Shown here one piece after another: positions 55,498-64,000 of a stretch of DNA of 64,000 bases. The DNA comes from Bacilli bacterium (GTDB lineage Bacteria; Bacillota_I; Bacilli_A; RF39; UBA660). The stretch spans positions 132,756-196,755 of the forward strand of contig JAFXXX010000019.1 in the NCBI GenBank assembly GCA_017542065.1. Reading direction: 5' to 3'. Position 1 is the first letter of the stretch, and the number at the start of each line of letters is the position of its first letter. A program made the position numbers and the translations under genes. A model generated the notes under the pieces. That model worked only from the letters and a program-made list of their open reading frames with translations. It made no database searches and was not told where the DNA came from.

Positions 55498-56598
55498 TTA
55501 TTCTATTGTACTAATAACATCAAATGCTGATTTAATAACATCGTCCATATCATAATACTTATATTCAGCAAGTCTTCCACCAAAGATAGTTTTTTCTTCT
55601 TTTGATGCAAGTTCTCTATACTTTTCTGCTAAAGCATTATTCTTATCATCATTAATTGTATAATATTTTTCCATTCCTTCTTCATAATCAGATGGATATT
55701 CAAATGTTACAACTGTCTTAGGACTAGTTGAATCAAATTCAAAATGTTTATGTTCAATTACTCTTGTATAATCTACTTCATGACCAGTATAATTAACTAC
55801 TGCATTTCCTTGATAATTTGCTTGATCTAAAATCTTAGTATCAAACTTAAGTGATCTATATTCAAGTTTACCAAGTGAATAATCATAGAATTCATCAATT
55901 GGTCCAGTATAAATTACTTTGTCTGCTAATGAAGTTAATTCTTCTCTATTATCAAAGAAGTTTGTATTTAATCTAACTTCAATACCTTCTAACATTCTTT
56001 CAACAAGTAAAGTATATCCACCAATTGGAATACCTTGATATTTATCATTAAAGTAATTATTATCATAGATTAATCTAACAGGTAATCTTTTAATAATAAA
56101 TGCAGGAAGATCTTTACAATCTCTATTCCATTGCTTTTCAGTATAACCTTTAATTAGTTTTTCATAGATGCTTCTACCAACTAAAGAAATAGCTTGTTCT
56201 TCAAGATTCTTTGGTTCACCAGTTATTTCTTTCTTTTCATCATTTATATGTCTCATAGCATCTTCTGGAGTAAATACATCATCCCAAATCTTTGAGAATG
56301 TATTCATATTAAATGGCATGTTATATACTTCATTACCAATTCTTGCAATTGGTGAATTAGTATATCTATTAAATTCAACAAATGAATTAACATAATCCCA
56401 TACATCTTTATAATCAGTATGGAAAATATGTGCACCATATTTATGAACATTTATACCTTCTATATTCTCAGTATAAACATTACCTGCAATATGATTTCTT
56501 CTATCAATTACTAATACCTTTTTACCTTTTTTAGCAAGTAAATTAGCACATGTTGCACCAAATAAACCAGCTCCAACTATTAAATAATCATACTTCAT
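55498..56598 (-). CDS. glf: UDP-galactopyranose mutase
   Basis: N-terminus MKYDYLIVGAGLFGATCANLL...IDRRNHIAGNVYT, plus GAHIFHT and FGGRLAEYKYYDMD. Confidence 0.95.
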   Translation of the reverse strand: MKYDYLIVGAGLFGATCANLLAKKGKKVLVIDRRNHIAGNVYTENIEGINVHKYGAHIFHTDYKDVWDYVNSFVEFNRYTNSPIARIGNEVYNMPFNMNTFSKIWDDVFTPEDAMRHINDEKKEITGEPKNLEEQAISLVGRSIYEKLIKGYTEKQWNRDCKDLPAFIIKRLPVRLIYDNNYFNDKYQGIPIGGYTLLVERMLEGIEVRLNTNFFDNREELTSLADKVIYTGPIDEFYDYSLGKLEYRSLKFDTKILDQANYQGNAVVNYTGHEVDYTRVIEHKHFEFDSTSPKTVVTFEYPSDYEEGMEKYYTINDDKNNALAEKYRELASKEEKTIFGGRLAEYKYYDMDDVIKSAFDVISTIE

Positions 56599-56608
56599 AA
56601 TAATCCTC

Positions 56609-59419
56609 CTATTTTTTAATAATCTTTTTAAATCTATTAATTAAACTATTTAATGTTTCCATTACAAATTGATTTTTAAAGAATAATAAACATATTCCAT
56701 AAACAAAGACACCAAATCCAGCAATTAAAATAACTGCTTTAGCTGATGTTCCAACTTGTCTTTTAAGTAAGAAACAACATACTGTCATTATTACTGTTGG
56801 TAATACATAATGAAGAGCAATCTTAAATATATGTACTATCTTAATATCTTTTCTAACAAATATCATTTGCATAAGTGTTACCATTGCTTCTGCTATAACA
56901 GTACCAATTGCAGCACCTACTGCATAGAATCTTCTAATTAAAATTAAATTGATAACAAAGTTAACACAAGCTCCAACTATAACAGAAGTTGTAAATTCTT
57001 TTTGACGTTTTGTTGGAAGTAAATATTGAACTCCAATAACATTACTCATACCAATAAATAATAATATTGGTGATATTACTTTCATTATAATTGCAACGCC
57101 ATCATACCCAGGTCCAAAGAACTTTGGAACAAATAGATCTGCAACCATTACTATTCCTGCTATCATTGGAAATGATAGTAAGAATACTAAGTTAAATGCT
57201 TTATAAATATAATCTCTAATCTTATCATAATTCTTTTCAGCAAATGAACTTGCTATTCTTGGAAGCATAACAGTTCCAAGAGATGTAATTATAGTTAATA
57301 ATAATTTAATTAAGTTTTCACCTTGTGTATAATAACCAACTTGTGTTTTATCAGCTATTATTTTACCTATCATAGTTCTATCAAGCACTGTATAAACTTG
57401 AATAGCTACTTGAGGTATAAACATAATAAATGTTGGTGGTAAATGCCTAAATATTTCCTTGAAATTAATCTTTGTTTTACAAACATATTTAGGAACAGAA
57501 ACCCATAATGATAAGTTACCAACTAGAATTGATAAAACATAAATTAAGAAATATATTGGTAGGTCACTCTTCTCTTTAACAAATATAAATATACAAGCAA
57601 CACTAACTATTTTAACTATTAAGTTTCTAAGAACTGTCTTCTTAAACTTTTCTAATCCTTGGAAAAACCAACTAACATCTATTGCATTAGCAAGTAATTC
57701 TAGTAAAAGTATTTTATAAAATAAATTATAATGATTATTACCCTTTACAAAGAATATAAAGAATACTAATGCCGATAAACTCATTACTATTAGTTTTAAG
57801 AAGAATACTTCAAAAAACACTTTACTATATTTTTCTTTATCTTTTTGTAAATAAGCAATTTCTCTTTGACCGTATAAAGTCATACCTAGAGTACCAGCTA
57901 ATACGAAATAAGCTGAAATAGATAAAGTATAACCATATATACCAATATTCTTAGCACCTAATACTTTAGAAATATAAGGAGTAGAAATTATTGGAAGAAT
58001 AATTGCAACTACTTGATATATTAAATTATAAATATAATTTTTTTTAACATTTGTTTCTTCTTTTTTACTTAATCTTTCTTTTATAAATTCTTTGATTTTT
58101 TTAAAATCAAAATGGCAGAATACAAGTGAGCATGCAACCCAAGTAATTATTTTTTTAATAAATACTGGTGAGAATAATTCTTCATAGAATTTATTACTAA
58201 AGAATGATAGTATTAAACATCCAAAAAATACTCCATATATAAGTACACTTAGTTTTGGCTTATCTAGTTTTCTAAGTCTTACTATATACTCATATATTGC
58301 TGAGCAAATTGCAGCCATTATAAATACAAATATAAATAATCCAATATAACCAAAGTCATAAATATAAGCATAGAATGTTGTATAAACATTTCCTAAATCA
58401 ATGTTATCTACTCTTCTAAATGGAAGATCTAATCTATATGTTTCTACATCTTTAAGATGTAATTTATCAGAAGCAAATTGAATAATATTATACATTGTTT
58501 GGCTTCCAGCTATTTCATATTTAAATAGATACTTTCTTTCTTGAAGAAATGTATCTAGATTCTTAATTTCTGCTCCACAATATATTGATAAATAATCTAG
58601 TGGTTTAGAATCAGTTTTTCTTCCTAGAAGTTTAGCTGTTGGGAAGAATAATCCTATTGCAGCAGCCCCTAGAATTACCATATAAATAAACATTTTTTTA
58701 GTAAATAAATCTTTATAACTTTTCTTTTTAAATAATAGAATTAGATAATAACAAACACCTGCAATTGCCATCATTATTACTGGAGTTCTAGATCCAGATA
58801 TTAATGCAGCACATAACGCAGAAACAAAAACTAGTACTTGTACTAATCTAATCTTTTTATTATAAAAATAGTTGTTTATTATTACATATAAAAACCAATA
58901 TCCAGAATATATAACTGCTAAGTTCAAATTCTTCACAATAAATGGAATACCATTATCAAATTCATCTGAGAATTTTAAATAAATATCATAATCAGATATT
59001 GCTTGCATAATAGATTTTATGCTAGTAAAAGTTCCATTTACTGCTCTAACTAGATAGTATAAATACACTAATGAGATTAGAATTGATACACCAAGATATA
59101 TCCATTCAAGTACTTTATTTGTATTGATTTCTTGCATTATAAATGGTTTAGTTTTATATTGTCTAGGTTTTATTTTATGAGCTATAAACTTAACAAGCAT
59201 TGTTACTAAGAAAAACTCTAATACACCTAAGAATAAAACTAAGAAAGTATTTAAATGTAAATCTAATCTCCATGCTTTGTGATATAAAACTGCCCAAATA
59301 GCTTGGAATGCAAATCCAAAAGAAAATACTACAGCTGGCGCAGATATATCTTTTCTATTAGCAAATATACTTCCTATAAATATTAGTAATAATAATATCG
59401 CAAGTAAATATATCATCAT
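56609..59419 (-). CDS. single ORF fusing an oligosaccharide-repeat-unit polymerase (Wzy-like, residues 1 to ~450) to a Wzx/MOP flippase (~455-936)
   Basis: The N-half is polytopic, with DISAPAVVFSFGF and a GSRTP loop. The C-half reads NYIYNLIYQVVAIILPIISTPYISKVLGAKNIGIYGY, a classic Wzx N-terminus. The junction lies at an A8 run (rc 58038..58045). Confidence 0.75.
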   Translation of the reverse strand: MMIYLLAILLLLIFIGSIFANRKDISAPAVVFSFGFAFQAIWAVLYHKAWRLDLHLNTFLVLFLGVLEFFLVTMLVKFIAHKIKPRQYKTKPFIMQEINTNKVLEWIYLGVSILISLVYLYYLVRAVNGTFTSIKSIMQAISDYDIYLKFSDEFDNGIPFIVKNLNLAVIYSGYWFLYVIINNYFYNKKIRLVQVLVFVSALCAALISGSRTPVIMMAIAGVCYYLILLFKKKSYKDLFTKKMFIYMVILGAAAIGLFFPTAKLLGRKTDSKPLDYLSIYCGAEIKNLDTFLQERKYLFKYEIAGSQTMYNIIQFASDKLHLKDVETYRLDLPFRRVDNIDLGNVYTTFYAYIYDFGYIGLFIFVFIMAAICSAIYEYIVRLRKLDKPKLSVLIYGVFFGCLILSFFSNKFYEELFSPVFIKKIITWVACSLVFCHFDFKKIKEFIKERLSKKEETNVKKNYIYNLIYQVVAIILPIISTPYISKVLGAKNIGIYGYTLSISAYFVLAGTLGMTLYGQREIAYLQKDKEKYSKVFFEVFFLKLIVMSLSALVFFIFFVKGNNHYNLFYKILLLELLANAIDVSWFFQGLEKFKKTVLRNLIVKIVSVACIFIFVKEKSDLPIYFLIYVLSILVGNLSLWVSVPKYVCKTKINFKEIFRHLPPTFIMFIPQVAIQVYTVLDRTMIGKIIADKTQVGYYTQGENLIKLLLTIITSLGTVMLPRIASSFAEKNYDKIRDYIYKAFNLVFLLSFPMIAGIVMVADLFVPKFFGPGYDGVAIIMKVISPILLFIGMSNVIGVQYLLPTKRQKEFTTSVIVGACVNFVINLILIRRFYAVGAAIGTVIAEAMVTLMQMIFVRKDIKIVHIFKIALHYVLPTVIMTVCCFLLKRQVGTSAKAVILIAGFGVFVYGICLLFFKNQFVMETLNSLINRFKKIIKK

Positions 59420-59420
59420 C

Positions 59421-60488
59421 TTACTCCTTTACTTTATTAATAGCTTCTGTTAAGAATCCTCCATTTTTAGTTTTTGAAGATACTTTAGAAATATTCTTTA
59501 ACATTTCATCATATTCCTTATCAGATAACTTCTCTATTTTTTCTTTTATTTCATTTAAACTTGATACTGCAATACCTAATTTATTCTTTGTAATAAAATT
59601 AGCTAATGCTGATTCTTTCCAAACAATAACAGGTATACCTGCAGTTAAATATAATGATACTTTATGAGGGTTATTATATCTTAAATAATCGCCAAATCCT
59701 CCAATACATGTATCAACAGATTCACCATCCCAAACAAGTCCAAAACCACCTTCTAAATGGTTTAATAACTCATCTGGTTTAAACTTACCTTTATAATTAA
59801 TTGTAGGTCCACCCATTTCATCAGTATAACCTACACCAAATAAATTAAAGTTAACTCCAAGATCTTTTAAAGATGCTAAATACTTAGCTTTAAAAGGTGA
59901 CAAATTTCCTGCTATAATTACAGGATCATTCTTTGTTCTTTTGAATTTCTTAGGTTCAAAATCTAATATATAATCAAATAATTCAAGTGAAATTAGTTTA
60001 TCTTCACTATTACCTAATTTAACTAATTCACTTTTCATAGATGGATTATGACAAATTACATAATTCATAGCATTAAGATATACTTTATCTTCTTTATTAA
60101 CTCTTTTACAAAGCATACTTCCTTGTACTTCAGGTTTATATCTTAAAGAATCCATATCATGAATTATAGCAACAAATACAACACCTTTTTCTTTATACTT
60201 GTTAATAACTTTATCAAGATTAGTTGTAGTATTAGTTAATGGATATTGAATAAACACAATATCCCCTTTATTAACATTACTTAAATCTTTATCCCATATT
60301 TTAGTATTCTTTCTATAAGCAAAGAATTGTTTCCATTTCATTAACTTATTTGTTTGAATACCATTTATAGATGATATATATAATGGTTTTACACCATTTT
60401 TTGTAAGAATTGTTTCAACGTCTTCTCTTGCCTTATTAGTAGCATTATATTCACCATTAGGTGTTCCTTCTATAACAAAATATCTCAT
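59421..60488 (-). CDS. WbbI-like beta-galactofuranosyltransferase
   Basis: GFGLVWDGESVDTCIGGFGDYLRYNNPHKVSLYL, IHDMDSLR and CHNPSM closely parallel E. coli WbbI as I recall it (FGLIWDGDSVETCSGAFGEYLKFNNPHKTSLYL, IHDIDELR, SHNPQM). glf lies nearby. Confidence 0.7.
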   Translation of the reverse strand: MRYFVIEGTPNGEYNATNKAREDVETILTKNGVKPLYISSINGIQTNKLMKWKQFFAYRKNTKIWDKDLSNVNKGDIVFIQYPLTNTTTNLDKVINKYKEKGVVFVAIIHDMDSLRYKPEVQGSMLCKRVNKEDKVYLNAMNYVICHNPSMKSELVKLGNSEDKLISLELFDYILDFEPKKFKRTKNDPVIIAGNLSPFKAKYLASLKDLGVNFNLFGVGYTDEMGGPTINYKGKFKPDELLNHLEGGFGLVWDGESVDTCIGGFGDYLRYNNPHKVSLYLTAGIPVIVWKESALANFITKNKLGIAVSSLNEIKEKIEKLSDKEYDEMLKNISKVSSKTKNGGFLTEAINKVKE

Positions 60489-60496
60489 ATATCCTC

Positions 60497-61585
60497 CTAT
60501 AATAATTCTTGTATTTTTTTAACCTCTAATTTAATATCATAACCATTTTCTTGAAGTGATTTAGTATTATCTTCTTTTTTAGTATTTTTAAATTTTAATA
60601 CTTCATCCCTCCATTTATCTAATGAATCATTTAATGATACGAATGTAAAATTAGATGCCATTTTAACTTCATGTGGAATATCATCTGAAGCTGCTACTAT
60701 TGGAAGTCCAATAGCTTCTGCTTCAACTAAAACGAGTCCTAATCCCTCAAATACTGATGGAAATAAGAATACATCCATTGAACTCATTAATGCTGGTACA
60801 TCATCTCTAGCACCAAGCATTTGAACCGAATCATTAAGACCAAGTTCATTTATTTTATTAATAATCTTTTCTCTATCTTCACCTTCACCTACTAATAATA
60901 ATTCAGCATTAGGTTCAGATTTTTTAATTTCATTAAATACATCAAGCAAAAACATTTGATTCTTTTGAAAATGTAATCTTCCAACGTTTCCAATAACAAA
61001 CTTATTTTCTGTACCTAACTCTTTTCTAATCTTTTTATCAGCAGCAGCATTATATTTAAATCTATCTAAATCAATAGAGTTTTTAACTACCAACACTTTA
61101 TTTCTATTTTTCTTAGTATAAAACCAATCACTAGCATCATCTGAACATGACCAATAATCAGTTACATATGAATCTAAATTTAATTTATATATTCTATGTA
61201 ATATACCCTTTATTTTAGATCCCATATTTTGAGAATTATGAGCATGAATAATTCTCTTTTTTATTCCATATTTCTTAGCTAATTTAAAATAATCTAGATT
61301 TGTTATATTACAAAAGTTTACCCAAATAGAACTGTATTCACTTGCATGTCTTTCAAAGAATTCTTTTAATTCTTTTTTATGTTTAAACATATTAGAGTGT
61401 TTAGAACATATATGATATGTTTTACCACCTAATTCTTTTATTTCTTTATCAAATGCTATAGTATCTGTTGAATATAGGAAGTCTAATTGAACTTCATTTC
61501 TATCAAAGTTTCTATAGTAATTCATAACAACATTTTCTATTCCACCAGGATTCTCAGTGAATCCTACGACTAAAACTTTCTTCAT
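60497..61585 (-). CDS. GT4-family glycosyltransferase
   Basis: GRLHFQKNQ and SVFEGLGLVLVEAEAIGLPIVA (EX7E). Confidence 0.85.
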   Translation of the reverse strand: MKKVLVVGFTENPGGIENVVMNYYRNFDRNEVQLDFLYSTDTIAFDKEIKELGGKTYHICSKHSNMFKHKKELKEFFERHASEYSSIWVNFCNITNLDYFKLAKKYGIKKRIIHAHNSQNMGSKIKGILHRIYKLNLDSYVTDYWSCSDDASDWFYTKKNRNKVLVVKNSIDLDRFKYNAAADKKIRKELGTENKFVIGNVGRLHFQKNQMFLLDVFNEIKKSEPNAELLLVGEGEDREKIINKINELGLNDSVQMLGARDDVPALMSSMDVFLFPSVFEGLGLVLVEAEAIGLPIVAASDDIPHEVKMASNFTFVSLNDSLDKWRDEVLKFKNTKKEDNTKSLQENGYDIKLEVKKIQELL

Positions 61586-61601
61586 AACAAACCTTCTTTT
61601 T

Positions 61602-62708
61602 TTAAACTAAACTTTTATATAAATCTATTAATTTTTCACTTTCTTTATCTATATCATAACCACTATCAGCTAATATAGTTTTTTGTTCTTTTCTTTCATA
61701 TTTAACATTCTTAAGTATTTCATCTGCCCATTCTTTCTCACTAGCTTTTAGCTTAACAAATGATAGTAAATCTGATATCTTTGCTATATCTGGAACTTTA
61801 TCAGAAACAATTGTTTTAAGTCCACAAGCTTGAGCTTCAATATTAACAATACCTAATCCTTCGTATAATGATGGAAGAACAAACATATCCATTGCTTGAT
61901 AATAATCTTCAATATTATCAACTGGTGGATGCATAATAACTTTATCTTCAATATTAAGTTCTTTAATATGTTCTTTTAATTCTTTTTCTAATTCTCCTTC
62001 ACCAATAAGAATTAATTTAGAATTAATCTTTTCACATACTAATGAGAATACGTCTACTAAGAATATTTGATTCTTTTGAGGACAATATCTTCCTACGTTT
62101 CCTATTAGGAAACAATCATCAGATATGCCTAACTCTTTTCTCATTTTCTTTCTCATATTAGGATCATATTTAAATCTTTTGGCATCAATAGCATTATTAA
62201 CTAAATAATATTTCTTTCTTTTAAATAAGAAATCTCCTGCTAGTTTTGAACATGCAAAGAATGTATTAGCATATCTAAGACCAATCTTAACTATAGGAAC
62301 ATTTCTAATAGCATGTGATAGTTTATCAGCATATTTATTTTGATGACTATGAACTATTCTTACTTTAATACCATATTTCTTAGCATACTTTAAATATAAG
62401 AAAGCAGCATTAGCCATATGGCAATGAACTATATCATAATCATGATGTTCCTTAAAGAATTCATCCGCAAACTTGTTTGCTTTTCCTAGTTTTAATACAT
62501 TAAATCTAGGAAAAATGAATACTTTATCTCCATTCTTCTCTATCATATCTTTATATGTATTATCAGTAACATTATGAGTTGCAAAATCCATTTTAATATC
62601 ATTATGAATTCTTGAGTAATAATTCATAACGTAACTCTCCATACCACCACATACATTTAAAGCTGGTGTAATTGTTAAAATTCTTATTTTTTTAGAATCA
62701 CTTTCCAT
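61602..62708 (-). CDS. GT4-family glycosyltransferase (paralog of 60497..61585)
   Basis: GRYCPQKNQ and SLYEGLGIVNIEAQACGLKTIVS. Collinear with the neighbouring GT4. Confidence 0.85.
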   Translation of the reverse strand: MESDSKKIRILTITPALNVCGGMESYVMNYYSRIHNDIKMDFATHNVTDNTYKDMIEKNGDKVFIFPRFNVLKLGKANKFADEFFKEHHDYDIVHCHMANAAFLYLKYAKKYGIKVRIVHSHQNKYADKLSHAIRNVPIVKIGLRYANTFFACSKLAGDFLFKRKKYYLVNNAIDAKRFKYDPNMRKKMRKELGISDDCFLIGNVGRYCPQKNQIFLVDVFSLVCEKINSKLILIGEGELEKELKEHIKELNIEDKVIMHPPVDNIEDYYQAMDMFVLPSLYEGLGIVNIEAQACGLKTIVSDKVPDIAKISDLLSFVKLKASEKEWADEILKNVKYERKEQKTILADSGYDIDKESEKLIDLYKSLV

Positions 62709-62809
62709 TTAATTTCACCTCTATATTTTTTATTTTTATTCTTTATATGTGCATTTATAATTATATAACTTATGACATACCTTAGTCAAACAATGTATAT
62801 AATATAATT

Positions 62810-63808
62810 TTATATTTTATTGAATTTTCTTCTTCTAAATTTATTAACTATTCTACTAGCAAAGTAAGGATTTATTAAACACATTAATCCCTTCATCTTC
62901 TCCTTTCTTGAGATTGGTGCTTTAAGTGCATATTTAGCATCGCTTCTTACTGTTTTCTTAACACTCTTGTATAAATCTCTATTATTCTTTATATTCTTTG
63001 TTCCAACAATTGAGTTGAGACTATCAAAATGTGTATGCCAATCAGCATATTTAATAGCCATAGATAATTCCCCGTCAACAGAAGCATACTTATCTTTTAA
63101 TCTATCAATTGCATCAAAACTACCATAAACTTGTTTAAGACTAAATTTAGTCATAACACTTGATAAATTATCGACCCTATAATAATACTTTTTTAAAGAA
63201 GTAATACATACTTTTTTGGACTTTAAAAATGCATCAATAGAAAAATTAAATCCTTCACCAAATGATAGTTTTTCCTCAAATAATAAACTATTATTTGCTA
63301 ATAAACTCTTTCTAAAAAGTTTATTCCATGACGCAATAAAAATCTTATAATATAACATTTCCAACGCACATTCCTTGCCTGAAATAATATCTATTTTCTC
63401 AGATATAATAGGTTCTTCTACTACATCTGTTGATCTATATTTTATAGGCATTCTGGATAATACTATATCAGATTTATACTTTTTAATTAAACTTACATAA
63501 TAACTTATAAAATTTGATGCAATAAAATCGTCGCTATCAACAAAAGTGATGTATGTTCCTTTAGATTTTTTTATACCATTATTTCTTGCAGTACTTACAC
63601 CACTATTTTTTTGATGTATTACTTTAACTCTTCCATCCTTATTTTCATATTCTTTTGCTTTTTTTAAAGTACCATCTGTTGATCCATCATCAACTAATAT
63701 TAATTCTATGTTCTTATAATCTTGAGAAAGAATAGAACTAATGCACTCATCCAAATACTTTTCGGAATTATACATTGGAACAATAATTGATACTAGTTCG
63801 TCCTTCAT
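62810..63808 (-). CDS. GT2-family glycosyltransferase
   Basis: VSIIVPMYNSEKYLDECISSILSQ, DDGSTDG and FVDSDD. Start at ATG 63808 with AAGGAG upstream; the ORF-track start at 63868 overlaps the upstream gene. Confidence 0.85.
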   Translation of the reverse strand: MKDELVSIIVPMYNSEKYLDECISSILSQDYKNIELILVDDGSTDGTLKKAKEYENKDGRVKVIHQKNSGVSTARNNGIKKSKGTYITFVDSDDFIASNFISYYVSLIKKYKSDIVLSRMPIKYRSTDVVEEPIISEKIDIISGKECALEMLYYKIFIASWNKLFRKSLLANNSLLFEEKLSFGEGFNFSIDAFLKSKKVCITSLKKYYYRVDNLSSVMTKFSLKQVYGSFDAIDRLKDKYASVDGELSMAIKYADWHTHFDSLNSIVGTKNIKNNRDLYKSVKKTVRSDAKYALKAPISRKEKMKGLMCLINPYFASRIVNKFRRRKFNKI

Positions 63809-63809
63809 G

Positions 63810-64000
63810 TTATAATTTCTCCTTAATAGTTGATAAAAACTTATCAACTTTCTTTCTTTCATTTTCAAGTATTTTGTCTACTTTATCATAATCTATTACT
63901 TTTGATACTGTAGAAAAATCATTATAATCTTTAACCTTGCATTCTTCTTCACAACAAACTAGTTTTAGAAAATCAGATAATCTATTTGAATATTTTTCAG
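63810..64000 (-). CDS. C-terminal fragment of an unidentified protein (gene continues past the window end)
   Basis: Open frame ending ...KVDKFLSTIKEKL-TAA at 63812..63810. The stop lies 1 nt from the next gene's ATG. Hand-translated; function unknown. Confidence 0.35.
   Translation of the reverse strand, partial: EKYSNRLSDFLKLVCCEEECKVKDYNDFSTVSKVIDYDKVDKILENERKKVDKFLSTIKEKL

Noticed and set aside
8700-56395. Fifteen plus-strand ORFs of 64-162 aa from the ORF track: 8700..8972, 10933..11154, 29513..29767, 30566..30826, 33023..33217, 33677..34081, 35296..35679, 44391..44660, 45466..45660, 49276..49476, 49548..49751, 52001..52270, 53732..54220, 55259..55492 and 56168..56395.
   Set aside because: Every one lies antisense within, or across the ends of, a well-supported minus-strand gene. 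Their translations are low-complexity (F/I/L/S/N-rich), as expected from the reverse complement of AT-rich coding DNA. None has a convincing SD or a recognisable motif.
1-64000. A search for CRISPR arrays, rRNA/tRNA genes, IS elements and DnaA-box clusters.
   Set aside because: I saw no regularly spaced direct repeats, no GC-rich structured RNA islands and no transposase-like ORFs. I did not notice TTATCCACA/TGTGGATAA clusters. Intergenic space is small and is accounted for by terminators and promoters. This was a scan by eye, so short elements could have been missed.

Overview
This is a very AT-rich, Bacillota-type chromosomal segment (about a quarter G+C by eye, not computed). It is read with the standard bacterial code, since TGA acts as a stop in the rsgA/rpe ATGA overlap. 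I call about 45 genes, and all but tmcAL are on the minus strand.

Layout:
- 1-12.1 kb: two tandem paralogous giant Cna-B/SpaA-type surface proteins (2056 and 1792 aa), plus a partial downstream membrane protein.
- 12.2-18.1 kb: housekeeping genes. A Thr-type T-box leader is followed by an unknown ORF and thrS, then an orphan acidic protein, dnaI and Firmicute dnaB.
- 18.1-31.0 kb: one uninterrupted ORF of about 12.9 kb encoding a 4301-aa mosaic surface protein.
- 31.1-39.4 kb: a membrane-anchored repeat protein, the conserved rpe-rsgA-prkC-prpC-rlmN block, and tmcAL.
- 39.4-64 kb: a cell-envelope glycopolymer locus. It holds three AT3 acyltransferases, an SGNH hydrolase, a GH25 muramidase, an LCP ligase, a DUF3048 protein, a GtrA/GtrB/GT-C module, glf, a WbbI-like Galf-transferase, several GT2/GT4 genes, a Wzy-like gene and a Wzy-Wzx fused ORF.

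I recognised no rRNA, tRNA, CRISPR array, transposase or integrase.

Most notable observations:
1. Two gene junctions in the glycan locus sit on long poly-A runs (A8 and A10). A 1-nt change at either run toggles between fused and separate proteins (wzy|wzx, and wzy-like|GT4).
2. prkC is cut into a kinase ORF and a TM-PASTA ORF by a single in-frame TAA.
3. All three giant surface proteins share a non-LPXTG C-terminal block ending in IQTG. One copy carries a G-to-C change in that block.
4. The 4301-aa protein contains four tandem divergent modules that I cannot assign to a known family.
5. The Thr T-box sits upstream of an unknown ORF that is translationally coupled to a ThrRS lacking the TGS domain.
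6. The GH25 muramidase has a signal anchor only if it starts at an ATA or ATT codon.

All homology calls come from motif recognition by eye. No database search was run.
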